Positions 34,058-45,466 of a DNA stretch of 64,000 nt are shown here, piece by piece (positions within the stretch are counted from its first letter, which is position 1; every line of letters begins with the position of its first letter). Below the pieces are notes generated by a model that was given only the letters and a program-made list of their open reading frames with translations, was not told the DNA's origin and did no database searches. The translations under genes and the position numbers were made by a program. Source of the DNA: an uncultured Planctomycetaceae bacterium (GTDB lineage: Bacteria > Planctomycetota > Planctomycetia > Pirellulales > PALSA-1355); NCBI GenBank assembly GCA_963785305.1, contig CAWAUV010000004.1, positions 320,001-384,000 on the forward strand. Reading direction: 5' to 3'.

Positions 34058-34672
34058 CAGTGCAAATTCAGTGGGGAGGGGAAGCACCGGAAGGCAGGGT
34101 AGTTCAGGCAAAATCCGGGTTTAAGGATCATACCCTTCACGTTTCCAGCCGCAATACCCCAGCTATGGCGGGTGTCCACATGCTTTGTTTTGCGGGTCTA
34201 CTCCATTCGCTGGGGAATGCTATCGACGAACGCCGCCTTTGGGCTCGAGCCCCAACCATCGCGAGCCAGTTGCGGGGGGCCGCGACCCCTAATGTCGCTC
34301 GGGGGCGCCGCCGACGCCAAATGCGCCTTACCTACTTGTTCGGCGTCGGCCGAGCGCGAAAAATAGGCTTGTATCAACTGCCAAACATCTTTTCTAATAA
34401 CGCCGCTCGGCATAGACGGCGCATCGCTCGCCGGGGCGCGTTCCGCATTGCGTGACCGGATCGCTCGGGTCGGAAACCAAAAAAAAGCGAGTGTCTGGCC
34501 GGCGCGATTATATTATCCATAGTTCTATTTTCGCTAGCATCGCGAGGCGCGTCAAATTTCCGCGCTTCGCTCCCGCGATTCGGCCGTGCTGCCGATACGA
34601 TTGATGATTCGAGCGCAACGATTCTTACGATTCGGGCAACCGGATCGGCTACGCAAACCGGGGCGAATTTGA

Positions 34673-37003
34673 GTGTGCCCGCTTGCCGGCCCGCCGCCAG
34701 GAGCGACAGATTTGGACGAGTCTCGATTGAACCCTTTGACCGAAGATCACCAACACCGACTCGCCCCGTGGCTCGAGCCGGGCGAACAGACGCTCGCGGT
34801 CTTCGAGCCCGACTTGAGTCCTATCTTGCGCTTCGAGACCGGTGTCGTGGTCCTGACCAACCGCCGCGTCGTTTCGTTTTCGGCTTCCACGGGGGCGCCA
34901 ACGTCGACGCCGACCGGCAATTTCGTGGAGCGAGCGGCGCCGCGAATATGGCCGCTTGAAATCATTCAATCGCTTCGCGCCAAGCATGAGGGCGGAGTGG
35001 GCGCCCTGGAAATGACCGGCGCCGACGGACAATTGGCGGTGTGGCGGTTCACCGCGGGCCGTTTTCCCCAAGCGGGTCTCTTGGCGCAACGGTTTCTCGA
35101 ACTCGAAGCCGGCGACGACCGACCGGCCGACACGCTTGATACCGAGCGCACTCGCGCCACCTGCGGCGCGGCGCTTGCCGACAATGCCGATTGCTTGGCT
35201 TGCGCCACGGGCGCCGAGCCGGCGGTGTCGTCGCTCTATCGCCTGACGACATTCATTCGCCCGCGGCTCGGGCCGGTGCTGATCGGGTTTTTCCTCACCG
35301 TGGCAAGCACGGCGGCCGGGCTGGTTCCGCCCTATTTGACCAAGCCGCTGTTGGACAATGTGCTGATCCCGCACCAAATGGGCGAGAAGAGCATCGATTT
35401 TGGCGTCGTGAGCTTCTATCTCTTCGGCCTCGCCGGCGCAGCCATCTTGGCGTGGTTGCTCGGCTGGGGACGCACCTACACGCTGGCCTGGGTCAGCGAG
35501 CGGGTCGCGAGCGATATGCGGGTCACGACCTACGCCCATCTGCAAAAACTGTCGCTCGAGTATTTCGGCGGCAAGCGCACCGGCGACCTCATGGCCCGCA
35601 TCGGCGCCGACACCGATCGGATTTGCTTCTTCCTGTCGGTCAACCTGCTCGATTTCGGCTCCGATGTGCTGATGATCGTAATGACGTCGATCATTCTGTT
35701 TTGCATCGATCCCTGGTTGGCCCTGGTGACGCTGTTGCCGTTTCCGATCATCGGCTTCATGGTCCATCAGGTGCGCAGCAAGCTTAGCCGCGGCTTTACC
35801 CAGGGCGGTCGCGCATGGTCGGACATGACCAGCGTGCTGGCCGATACGATTCCCGGAGTGCGCGTGGTGAAGGCCTTTGCCCAGGAGCGGCGCGAGGTCG
35901 ACCGCTTTCGCCGCGCCAACGACCGGGTGCTCTCCGCCAACGATCGCGTCAACCGCACCTGGTCGTTCTTCGGGCCCGTGATCACGCTACTCACCGAAGG
36001 CGGTCTCTTGATTATCTGGGCCTTTGGCGTGTATCGCGTGGCCGAGGATTTGATCACGGTGGGCGTGCTCACGGCGTTTCTCGCATATATCAGCCGTTTC
36101 TACGCCCGACTCGATTCGATGAGCCGCATGGTCGCCGCCGCCCAACGCGCCGCCTCCAGCGCCCAGCGAATCTTCGAGATTCTTGACCGGGCGCCCAGTG
36201 TGCCCGAGCCGCGGAATCCGGCGCCGTGTGGCCGGCTCACCGGTCGGATCGAAATCCGAGGCGTGGGCTTTAAATATGGCGCCCGCACGGTGCTCGAAGA
36301 TGTGAATCTCACCGCGGCCAAGGGCGAAATGATCGGCCTCGTGGGTCCGAGCGGATCGGGTAAGAGCACGCTGGCGAATCTGGTGTGCAGATTCTACGAC
36401 GTGACCCAGGGTCAGATTCTGGTCGATGGCGTGGATATTCGCGCGTTCGGCATTTCCGACTATCGTCGCAATATCGGGGTCGTGTTGCAGGAGCCATTCT
36501 TGTTTTTCGGTTCCGTGGCGGAGAACATCGCCTATGGCCGACCCAACGCCACGCGCGAAGAAGTCATCGCCGCTGCCCGCGCGGCCCGGGCCCATGAATT
36601 CATCCTCCGCTTGCCCGATGGCTACGATTCGGCCGTGGGCGAGCGCGGGCAATCGCTCTCGGGCGGCGAGCGGCAGCGCATCTCCATCGCTCGGGCCCTG
36701 CTGATCGACCCGGCGATTCTGATTCTTGATGAGGCCACTTCGGCAGTCGACACGGAGACCGAGCGCGAGATTCAAGAAGCGCTCGATAACCTGACCCGCG
36801 GCCGCACGACGATCGCCATTGCCCATCGACTGAGCACCCTCCGCAAGGCCGATCGCCTGGTGGTGCTCGAGCGCGGACGCATCGTGGAGGTTGGGCAGCA
36901 TCAGGAGCTTCTCGAACGCACGGGCGCCTATGCCCGCCTGCACCGCGCCCAAATGGAATTGGCCGGAGTGCTCGACGAGGGCTCGATCAAATCGCCGGTA
37001 TAG
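34673..37003 (+). CDS. ABC exporter (TMD+NBD) with N-terminal extension, cyanophycin-locus-associated type
   Basis: TM segments, Walker A GPSGSGKS, LSGGERQR, 'LILDEAT', 'IAHRL'. N-terminal 'FEPDL...VVLTNRR' domain. Confidence 0.9.
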   Translation: MCPLAGPPPGATDLDESRLNPLTEDHQHRLAPWLEPGEQTLAVFEPDLSPILRFETGVVVLTNRRVVSFSASTGAPTSTPTGNFVERAAPRIWPLEIIQSLRAKHEGGVGALEMTGADGQLAVWRFTAGRFPQAGLLAQRFLELEAGDDRPADTLDTERTRATCGAALADNADCLACATGAEPAVSSLYRLTTFIRPRLGPVLIGFFLTVASTAAGLVPPYLTKPLLDNVLIPHQMGEKSIDFGVVSFYLFGLAGAAILAWLLGWGRTYTLAWVSERVASDMRVTTYAHLQKLSLEYFGGKRTGDLMARIGADTDRICFFLSVNLLDFGSDVLMIVMTSIILFCIDPWLALVTLLPFPIIGFMVHQVRSKLSRGFTQGGRAWSDMTSVLADTIPGVRVVKAFAQERREVDRFRRANDRVLSANDRVNRTWSFFGPVITLLTEGGLLIIWAFGVYRVAEDLITVGVLTAFLAYISRFYARLDSMSRMVAAAQRAASSAQRIFEILDRAPSVPEPRNPAPCGRLTGRIEIRGVGFKYGARTVLEDVNLTAAKGEMIGLVGPSGSGKSTLANLVCRFYDVTQGQILVDGVDIRAFGISDYRRNIGVVLQEPFLFFGSVAENIAYGRPNATREEVIAAARAARAHEFILRLPDGYDSAVGERGQSLSGGERQRISIARALLIDPAILILDEATSAVDTETEREIQEALDNLTRGRTTIAIAHRLSTLRKADRLVVLERGRIVEVGQHQELLERTGAYARLHRAQMELAGVLDEGSIKSPV

Positions 37004-37062
37004 AAACGGAAAACGCGGGGGCCTGTTGCTTCGCGATCATTCCTTGCTTGAGAAAATGCACT

Positions 37063-37614
37063 ATGGAACGCTCCTCGGCCGACAAGCCCGCATCGAACAA
37101 GGCCGAAATTTCCTCGGCGAGCGGACCGCCAGGCGCAAGCGTGGCCGGCGCGGGCTCTTTTGGGCTCTCGCACGACGCCTGGGGGCGACTGGTAATGATC
37201 GACAGCGCGGGCAAGCGCCATGTCGGCGTCGAACCGGCAAGGGCCTTTCCGATCTCCGATCCCGAACACTGGATTTCGATCTGTGACACCGACGGCCGGG
37301 AACTCGCCTGTGTCGAAGACCTGGCCGCGCTGCCGCCGGCGGTGCGACAAGTGCTCGAAGATGACTTGGCGCACCGTGAATTCGTGCCGGTCATCCAGAA
37401 GATTTACCGCGTATCGACCGATGGCGAGCCTGCCGAATGGGATGTGGACACCGATCGCGGCCGCACGCGATTCTCGCTCAATAGCGAAGAAGACATTCGC
37501 CGCCTAGGGCCCCATCGCGCCCTGGTGATCGACGCGCACGGCATCCGCTATTTGATCAACGACCTGCGAGAATTCGACCCCACCAGTCGCCGGCTGCTGG
37601 AACGCTATCTTTAG
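37063..37614 (+). CDS. DUF1854-family protein
   Basis: 'RAFPISDP...ISI', 'REFVPVI', 'WDVDTDRG', 'DAHGIRY'. Directly follows the ABC transporter. Confidence 0.85.
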   Translation: MERSSADKPASNKAEISSASGPPGASVAGAGSFGLSHDAWGRLVMIDSAGKRHVGVEPARAFPISDPEHWISICDTDGRELACVEDLAALPPAVRQVLEDDLAHREFVPVIQKIYRVSTDGEPAEWDVDTDRGRTRFSLNSEEDIRRLGPHRALVIDAHGIRYLINDLREFDPTSRRLLERYL

Positions 37615-37685
37615 CAGCCGCCGCACGCGCTCGCTATGCCGTTACGGTCGAGAGGTTTGTCGAGAATGTATTCCTCGTCGGTTTC

Positions 37686-38891
37686 TCAGGTGTAGGGCAC
37701 GGCGCCGCGCAAGATCTCGAAGATCATGGCCATCTTGTGGACCAGTCGGTTGCCGGCGATTCCGAACCCGCCCAGCACTAGGATATAGGCGAACAACACC
37801 GCAAACCAGCGACTGTCCACGAAAGACACGGGCGATTCGACTTCGTCGCGCGCGGCCGGATTTCGTGCTCGACGGAGTTCGTCGCAAATCACGTAGAGCG
37901 ACACGTTGGCGCAGGCCGCGGAGACCCAACGCAGCACGTCGTGTCCAACAATCGAAAGCAGGATCGAGCTGCACAAGATTGTCGACGTGAGACCAGCGCC
38001 GAGCCCTTGCGCTGCGCGTGCTCGCGCCGTCATCCGCAAAAAAAGACCAATCGCGACGAAATAGGGGAGCGAGGTCAGCATCGACACCAAGACACCGGTC
38101 ACGTGTCGCGCGTTGTAGTTTTGAAGTACGAAGTTCAGTTGATCGACCGTGGAGTTTTCCAAGGCGCGAATCGCATCTGGCATCAACTCCATGTCGGTTC
38201 GGCTTTGCATGTAGTCGAAGAACTCGCTGGCGGGCACCGGAAGCTTGCCCAGCCACGCAATCAGCACAAACGCGACGCCCACCGCGGTCAAGTGCAACGC
38301 CACCGATAGCGGCCGCAGCCGTCCCTCCCTGAGGCCCTCGATCACCAGCACGAAGATCAAGGGGTAGTACATCAATAAAAACGCCTCGTGAATCAGTATC
38401 CCCACGATGCCAAGCAACGTCGAAGCGAGGATCGCCGACCAGCCGCGCCACCATGTCAGGGCGCCTGCGGCAAGCGTGATCAAAATAAATTGGGGGTTGT
38501 CAAGGAATCCGGCTTCGTATGCGGAATGTGGGAGCAGGCCCGGCCCGCTAAGCAAAAAGGCGAAGAGGGCCGCCCGGCGGCGGTCGCGGGCCCATGCCGG
38601 CAGAAAGACGAAAAAGGGCGTCGCAATACAGAGGGCTGTCGCGATCGTTGAGATCACGCACAGCCGATGAAGGCTCAAGAAGGATATTCCCGAGAGTAGC
38701 TGGCCCATCAAGCCGCGGCGGACGAAGCCGAAATGATAATTGATGAGATAGTGTCCCATCCCATAGAGATTTTGACCGCCCAAATAAAAATTCGCGATGC
38801 TTTGCATGATGGGAATGCTAAGCAAACAGAACACGAGGCGCCGATCATGACCCAGGGGCCGCGATTCGTTTGGCTGTGACAGGTCGTCCAT
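37686..38891 (-). CDS. Polytopic membrane protein (possible GT-C glycosyltransferase)
   Basis: About 10 hydrophobic segments, motifs 'INYHFGFVRRGL' and 'LIHE', GAGG RBS. Confidence 0.7.
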   Translation of the reverse strand: MDDLSQPNESRPLGHDRRLVFCLLSIPIMQSIANFYLGGQNLYGMGHYLINYHFGFVRRGLMGQLLSGISFLSLHRLCVISTIATALCIATPFFVFLPAWARDRRRAALFAFLLSGPGLLPHSAYEAGFLDNPQFILITLAAGALTWWRGWSAILASTLLGIVGILIHEAFLLMYYPLIFVLVIEGLREGRLRPLSVALHLTAVGVAFVLIAWLGKLPVPASEFFDYMQSRTDMELMPDAIRALENSTVDQLNFVLQNYNARHVTGVLVSMLTSLPYFVAIGLFLRMTARARAAQGLGAGLTSTILCSSILLSIVGHDVLRWVSAACANVSLYVICDELRRARNPAARDEVESPVSFVDSRWFAVLFAYILVLGGFGIAGNRLVHKMAMIFEILRGAVPYT

Positions 38892-39313
38892 TTGGCTCTT
38901 CCTCTGCTCCAGTAAGAAGCCCTCATGTTGCCCATTCCCATACGTGAAAAGAGGCTTTCGGCGTCTTTTAGTCGCTGAAGTTTACCGGGTCGCCGAACGG
39001 TTTGTCGAGCACGGCCCGACCGGATTGGCCGGTGAACGCGAAGACAACAGCCGGGCCAAGGTCGACGAATCGTTCAAATGGCCGCTCCATGCCGCTGTTG
39101 CGACTTCACCGTGAGTACGGTTTTCAACGAACGACGTGGATACAAGGATTTCTAGGGCCGGCCACGACCGCGCGCGGTTATCGCCATAAGCATGGCCACC
39201 GTTCCTTGAAAATCTTCAAACGACAAAGCGCGGCCAAATGAGCACAATTCGACGAGCAATACCGTCGCGATGAAGCGCTCGCCGTGAATTGAAACACGCG
39301 AGCGCCGGGGCGT

Positions 39314-39853
39314 TTAGCGGCTGTAGAGGCCGGTCAAGCGGGCTTCGCCCAGAATGTGGCCTTGCATTGCCTTGCGCAACGCGACGTCTGTGCTGGCGGG
39401 CGGCAGGTTGAGTGGAGCGTCGAGCGCGTAAAGCTGGAAACGGTAGTGATGCGAACCGCTCTTCGGCGGCGGCGCCGGGCCGCGATAGCCGATTGAATCG
39501 GCCCCCCAGGAATTCGCCCCTTGCAAGGCGCCAGCCGGCTCTTGCAGTGTCGCCTGGGTGGGCAGACCGGCCGGCAGCGAGCTTGTGGTCGCCGGAATTT
39601 TATAGAGCACCCAGTGGACCCATGGCGCCGAGCCCGGCGCGTCGGGATCGTCGCACACGAGCGCCAGTTCCCTGGTTCCCGCGGGCAGCTTATTCCAGGC
39701 GAGCGGCGGCGATCGATCGGCCCCGTCGCCGGTGTACTCGGCGGGAATCGGCTTTCCGTCGCCAAAAGCTTTGCTCGTGAGCTCGCTTCGCGATGTCGCG
39801 CCGCAGCCGAGTTGGGCAAGCAGAATCATCGCAATCGCATTTCGCGCGAACAT
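39314..39853 (-). CDS. YbhB/YbcL (PEBP/Raf kinase inhibitor-like) protein
   Basis: 'SPPLAW', 'DDPDAP...WVHW', 'GYRGPAPP', 'HHYRFQLYALD'. Confidence 0.92.
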   Translation of the reverse strand: MFARNAIAMILLAQLGCGATSRSELTSKAFGDGKPIPAEYTGDGADRSPPLAWNKLPAGTRELALVCDDPDAPGSAPWVHWVLYKIPATTSSLPAGLPTQATLQEPAGALQGANSWGADSIGYRGPAPPPKSGSHHYRFQLYALDAPLNLPPASTDVALRKAMQGHILGEARLTGLYSR

Positions 39854-40025
39854 CGTAATCTTCTCCCGGGTGTTTTTTCGCGACCATGATCGACGCAGTC
39901 GAACGTGAGACGTGGGCTGCAATGCGTTAACCAGACTTGCGCGAGCGCGGCTCACACGGTAGCATGCCCTATGGAGCGACTCGCTTTATATTGCACTCTC
40001 GGCGCCGAAGGATGTGCCCTCACTC

Positions 40026-40313
40026 ATGGCTTCACGACGAAACGCATGGTCGCGAGACCATGAGGATGACGATGATGACTTCGACCGCGATGACTTCGAC
40101 GCGGAAGACTCGAGCGACGACCTCGACGCCGACGACGAGTCCACGATCGCGTGTCCCTATTGCCGCCGGCAGATTCACGAGGAATCCGAGCGCTGCCCGT
40201 ATTGCGAACAATATATCAGCGCCGAAGATCGCGTGGAGAATCCGCGGCCGTGGTGGATTGTGTTGGGCGCCGTGCTCGCGCTTTTCGGCGCGATCGGCTG
40301 GTTCATTTTTTGA
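40026..40313 (+). CDS. Small acidic zinc-ribbon membrane-anchored protein
   Basis: Asp-rich tract, CPYC-x10-CPYC, C-terminal TM helix. Confidence 0.8.
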   Translation: MASRRNAWSRDHEDDDDDFDRDDFDAEDSSDDLDADDESTIACPYCRRQIHEESERCPYCEQYISAEDRVENPRPWWIVLGAVLALFGAIGWFIF

Positions 40314-40526
40314 ACGATGGTCCTCGAAGCCGCGACACCGATAAAACGTCGCCGGATTGACGCACGACCCATGGATATTCTCACGCTTGCGCGGAGAATA
40401 CCATTTTGATCGAACTAAAACCAGTAGCCGCCAACGACTGCTCCGCGCCTCCGCGTCTCCGCGTGCCGCTCAAACGAACAAAGACAACGCACTAGAAAGC
40501 CCGTCCAAATGCCGAGCAAACCAGCC

Positions 40527-40754
40527 ATGGATTCCGATTACGCGCAACTCGAGGCCCGCGTCACGGAGCTTGAAAGCTTGCTAACCCACATGCAGCGGGT
40601 CGTGCAAGATCTGAACGATGTGGCGCTCGAGCAATCGCGAACCATCGACGGGCTGGCCCTGGCCCTCGCGCACGTTAAAACGCTCTATGCCTCGAATTCC
40701 GAAGCGAGCCCGGCCCCCTACGACCCAGCGCTCGACCGCCCACCGCACTATTGA
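40527..40754 (+). CDS. slyX: SlyX family protein
   Basis: 'LEARVTELE...DLN' coiled coil and C-terminal 'PPHY'. Confidence 0.9.
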   Translation: MDSDYAQLEARVTELESLLTHMQRVVQDLNDVALEQSRTIDGLALALAHVKTLYASNSEASPAPYDPALDRPPHY

Positions 40755-40919
40755 CCGCGATCTCGGTGAAACTTGACGGCTGCAATGCCTTCCGGCCCCG
40801 CAGGCGCTAGCATCGCTATCGTGGCAAAGCGAGGTTGACGACAGCGGCGATTCGCCCGTATATCTTTCCGCGATCGAACCCTGTCCCGCCGCCATCCCTC
40901 CAGACGATTCGAGCTCGCG

Positions 40920-42930
40920 ATGTCCGACGCGGCCGTTCCGCCTTCCGGACGTGTCCCACCGGTGATATCTTCGCGCGCGGACCGCTGTGCGCGGTGGTTG
41001 CTCGAGCGCGAAGGTTTCGCCCTCGCGATGCTCTTTGCCGCGTGTTTTCTCGGGCCGCTCGTGCGCTCGCCGCTCATCCTCGGCGATCTAAAAAGCTCGC
41101 TCATTCCCGGCCTTGAGCAAGTGACCGGCCGCACGGTGAGCGAGCTTTCGCGCCAAGCCTTGGCCGATGATCTCGCGGCGGGCCGATTCGCTCCGCTTGC
41201 CGCAGTGGGCGATCCGTGGATCGGCCGTTACTTGGGTGGAGCGCTGGTGCAAAAGTGGAGCATGCTGGCGCTCGTGCTTTCAAACATCGCGCTGTTTCAT
41301 GCGCTGCTGCGCCGCTGGACCGTGCCGCACGGCTTGGCCGCGATCGGCGTGGTCGGGCTGGCGATGCTGTTCGCGATGCGCGTGGCCGACGATCCGCTGC
41401 TGACCGGCCACGGCTGGATGCAAGCGGCGATGGGGCTCGTGCTCGCGGCGCTCTGGGCTTTTGAGCGGGCTCGGGGCCCAGCGAGCCGAACCTGGCTCTC
41501 GGCCAGCGTGGCAATGTACACACTTGCGATGCTCGTCGATGACTCGAGCCGCGTTTGTGGGCTCGTGTTCGTGGCCGTGGCGCTCGCTCGCGAGTCGAAT
41601 TGGCGCACGGCGTTTCGCGAGACTCGCTTTCACCTGTTCTCGGCAGCGACACTGTTCGCGATCGCCACGGCGCTGCGGCTCGGCTTCGCGATTCCCGGTG
41701 GCGTGGGATATCAGAATGCACTGGTCGCTGCCCAAGATGGCACGCACCGCCTCGCTCGAGGCGATCGCCGCCCTCCCGCTGAGCTATCCGGCGCTCTGTG
41801 AATCGCAGCGACAGTCGCTCGCCAAGTCACTAGGCGATTCGCTTGGCGATCTGGTCAACTGGCGTTCCGGAGCGGTGTTGCTGTTTGCCTTCGGACTTTT
41901 GCTCGCGCTCACGCGCCGCGCGGCGGAAGCGGGGCTGGTTGCTCGTTTGACGAAGCATGAGAAGCAACGCGATTCCTCGTCGCAAGCCAGCGGCCGATTT
42001 TCGCGCGTGGCGGTCTTTGCCGGCGTGGCCCTGTGGTTGGGGCCAGCGATGGGCCTGGCGCCTTGGCCTTGCTATCAAGACCTAGCTCGGCCGGGCTTGG
42101 CCGCGAGAACGGTTTATATCGAAGAATTCGGCATGGCGCTGCTGGGACTCGCGGCGCTCGACGCCGGGCTCGCGTTTCTGGGCTCGCGCTGGCGTTTGGC
42201 TTCGCTCGGGCTCGCGGTGGGCGGTGGAGTCGTGGCCGCGATCGCGTTTGCCAGCAACGAGGCGAGCATTCGCCAGTGGCGGGCCAACGTCGATTACAAC
42301 ATGCGCGCCACGCTCGAAGCCGCCTTCGAAGCCGGCCTGGGCGAACATATGCCCCGCGACGCGACGATGCTGATGACCACTTGGCGAAGTTGGCTCGACT
42401 TGCGTCGGCCCGAGATCGCAAGCGCTTTCTTCAGCCAATGCGTCGGCCGGCGTGTCGATGTGCTCAATGCCACTCCCGGCACGCTGGCCCGAGACTTCTC
42501 CTCGAAACTGGCGTGCCGCCGAGGTCCGATTTTCGCGCTGTGCGAGCAGTGTACCAACGAAAGCTCGGGCTGGGTGATTCTCTCCGAAGTCGATGATCGT
42601 GGCGCGAGCTTCGGCGCTGGTGGCCCTTTCGATCACACACCGATACGCGTTCGCCGATTTCGCGCGTTTGTGCGCGAGCGAGGCCTTTCACCTGTTTTTT
42701 ATGTGCTGCCGAACCTCGTGTTCGGCCATGTGCCTAGCCGCGCTTTCGGCCAATGCGATCAACGCCGGGAGATGCTCGACACGAGCATGCTCCGGATCAT
42801 GCGGCGAGGCTCGGGCTGGGCGCTTTACGAAGGCGAATTCCCAGAGCCGGCCGACGCCGGCGCGCTCGGCATGGCCGGACATCCGGTGCTCACCGCGATC
42901 CACGCCTCGCCCGAGAGGAGCCGGCGATGA
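40920..42930 (+). CDS. Polytopic membrane protein (frameshift near 41735)
   Basis: Continuous hydrophobic segments across ORFs 40920-41801 and 41461-42930; 'GRFAPL' motif; soluble C-terminal domain. ATGA overlap with the next gene. Confidence 0.65.
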
Positions 42931-45235
42931 AGGCAACTTCGACGCCAACTTCGACGCAAAGCTCGCCGCTCGCCTCGGGCGACATGGCCACCGAGCGCGA
43001 AAGCTGCCGGCTGGCGGCGGCTGGTTCGATCGGCGCGGGACTCTTGGGCATCGCTTGCTTGGCGTGGTGCGCTCTGGTGCATTTACAGAGTAGCCCCGCG
43101 GAAATCGCGCGAGCGGTCGGCGGGGTGCTGGCTCTGTGGGCGCCGGTGGGATGTGTCGTCTATTTGCTACTCGCGGGATGTTGCACGCACGGAGCGAGCC
43201 GGTTCACGATGAGTTGGGTGGCCAGCTACACATTGACCACTGCCGCCCATGCCGCCGCGGGGCGCTCGACAGCCTTTGGCCAGGGTTGGACATGCTATTT
43301 TACGCCGGCCAGGCGATGCTCGTCGTAGTCGCGATGATTCTCGTCGCTCGCCGCGGCGGCCTCGAGTGGTTACGCAATGCGATCTCGCCGTCCAAATGGA
43401 CGCCGCGTGAATGGCCGCGGCCGTTGTTTATCATCGATGGCTGGCTGGTGCTACTCATCGCGGCGAGCGTGTTCATTGGCGATCGTTATAAAATCTTCGA
43501 CATTCCGCTGGCCGATGGCTCGCATCGAATCACGACCCACGGCGACACGTCGTACTTCACATCGCTCGCGCAGGAGCTCGATCGCGCCACGCCGCCCCGG
43601 CAGCAGCCCGCTCGCGCGGGGCTCAAGGAACGCGCCTATCACATGTTTCCGCATCTCACGACGATGCTCATCGCCCGCTACTCCGGCCAGCGAGACATGC
43701 CGCGGGCGCTTGGCCATTACGAATTCACGGTGGTCGAGGTCTTGCTGTGCTTGGTGTTCTATTGCCTCGGGCGTTCGGCCACCGGCAGCCGGCTGGCGGG
43801 CTATGTTTCCTGCTCGCTCGTTTATATTTTGGCCATTCCTCAAGCGCCGTTGATCACCAACGGCTTGTGCTACTTCTTCTTCACCTTTCACCCGCACGCC
43901 ACGAGTGGACTGGAGCCAGCGGCGCTTTGCAGTCCGCAAACCTACTGCGCGCTGCCGGTGGTGATGGGCACGCTGTTGGCGGCGCTCGAACTCTCGATGA
44001 GTCTCGCGCGCGAAGCCGGCTTTGAAGGCGCACGGCGCCGATCATCGGGTCTGTTGGCGATTTTGGTCGCGCTCTTGGCCGCGGCGACGATGCGATTTCG
44101 CGTGCAAACCTTTCTCGTGCTGTTTCCGGCCGTGATGATCTATCTCGGCTATGCGTGGCATGGCTCGCGGCGGCGCATGTTCGGCGCGGCGATTCTTCTC
44201 GGCGGATCGCTCGTGGCGGCGCAGCTCGGCGAAATGCGCATGGACGTCTATTACCCCGATTCGAGCCAATTGACGCTCGAAAACAACATGCTGGCGCATC
44301 GCTGCCATTTCATGAACGCGTGGCCGGGCGCCCAGGCACTCAAGACGCTGGTGGCCAACCGGTTCTCGGGCGACGCTTTCTTGTGGGCCTGGCAAATCGT
44401 GGGACTCGGGGGCTTCGCGTTGATGTCGATCGCCGGGGCGCCGCTCGCGCTCATGAGTCTCGTTTACTTTCTCGACCCGCGGAATTGGCGCGAGGGTCTC
44501 GCCGGGTATTCAGCCATCACGGCGATGCTGGCGCTGGGCGCGATCGTCGGCGGCGGCGCCTTATGCACCACCTACGATGTCTACTCCGTGGGCGGGCAAT
44601 CGCTGTATCTCGTCGGCTGGTATCTCTTACCGCTCGCGACAATGGGCGTCTGGCGACTCGTGGCGTTGTTGCCCGAGCGTGTTGTCGTCGCGGGTCGGCC
44701 CTTTGCGGCGCCGGCGGTCGCGGCGCTGCTCACGGCCGCAATAGTTTGGCAGCAGCTTCGCGCTCCAAGTCAATTGCATGGAGATTTGATGCGGAGCCCA
44801 TGTGTCGTGTCGGGCGATGAATGGACGGCAATGCGATTGATGCGCGATCGATTGCCGGTCGACGCGGTGCTGCTCTTCAATGCGCCGCATCTGGTGGGCG
44901 ATTTTTGCGTCGTGAGCGCGCTCACCGGGCGGCGCACGTTTCTCGAATATCTGTGCATGACCCGATTCTTGACCGGCGGCGCCGACGACAACAACGAAGG
45001 CCGCGCCGCGCGGCGCGACCGGGTGTGGGCGGCCCATGATGAAGGTGAATTCATTGCCGCCATGCGGGCGACCGGGGCCACGCATTTGATCGAGCATGCG
45101 GAATATCCGCTCCATGTGCGTTCGTGCGATGCCTTGGAGCTGTTTTGGCGGAGCGGCGATGGACGCGTCCAAGTGTGGAGTTTTCACGCTCCACCGGGCG
45201 ATCGGGGCGGCCCGCGACTGGCGGTCGGCAAATAG
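42927..45235 (+). CDS. Polytopic membrane protein, GT-C-like (frameshift near 43265)
   Basis: More than 12 TM segments, 'HGDTSYF', 'YHMFPH', C-terminal 'AMRLMRDRLPVDAVL...SALTGRR...GATHL'. Confidence 0.65.
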
Positions 45236-45466
45236 TCGTCGGCATTGCGGAGTCGCTGTTGCTTGGCATGATTTCGTCGTTTTGCGGTTTCGCGCGCGTG
45301 CGACCGGCGAGGATTGATCTTGCCGATCAGCGCGGCTCCGGGTACGGTTTGCGGCCCTCCAGGGAACCTGAATGCATTGCGCTCCGCGCGACCCTCTCCC
45401 CGGCAGCTTCCGCCCTGGCAAAGCCAGCGAACGGCGCCCTTCCCTTGAATATTGGAACGCATCATC

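Noticed and set aside
33574..34179. Possible second cphA paralogue or remnant upstream of cphA
   Set aside because: No CphA-like motifs in the annotated ORFs of this region; treated as leader/promoter region.
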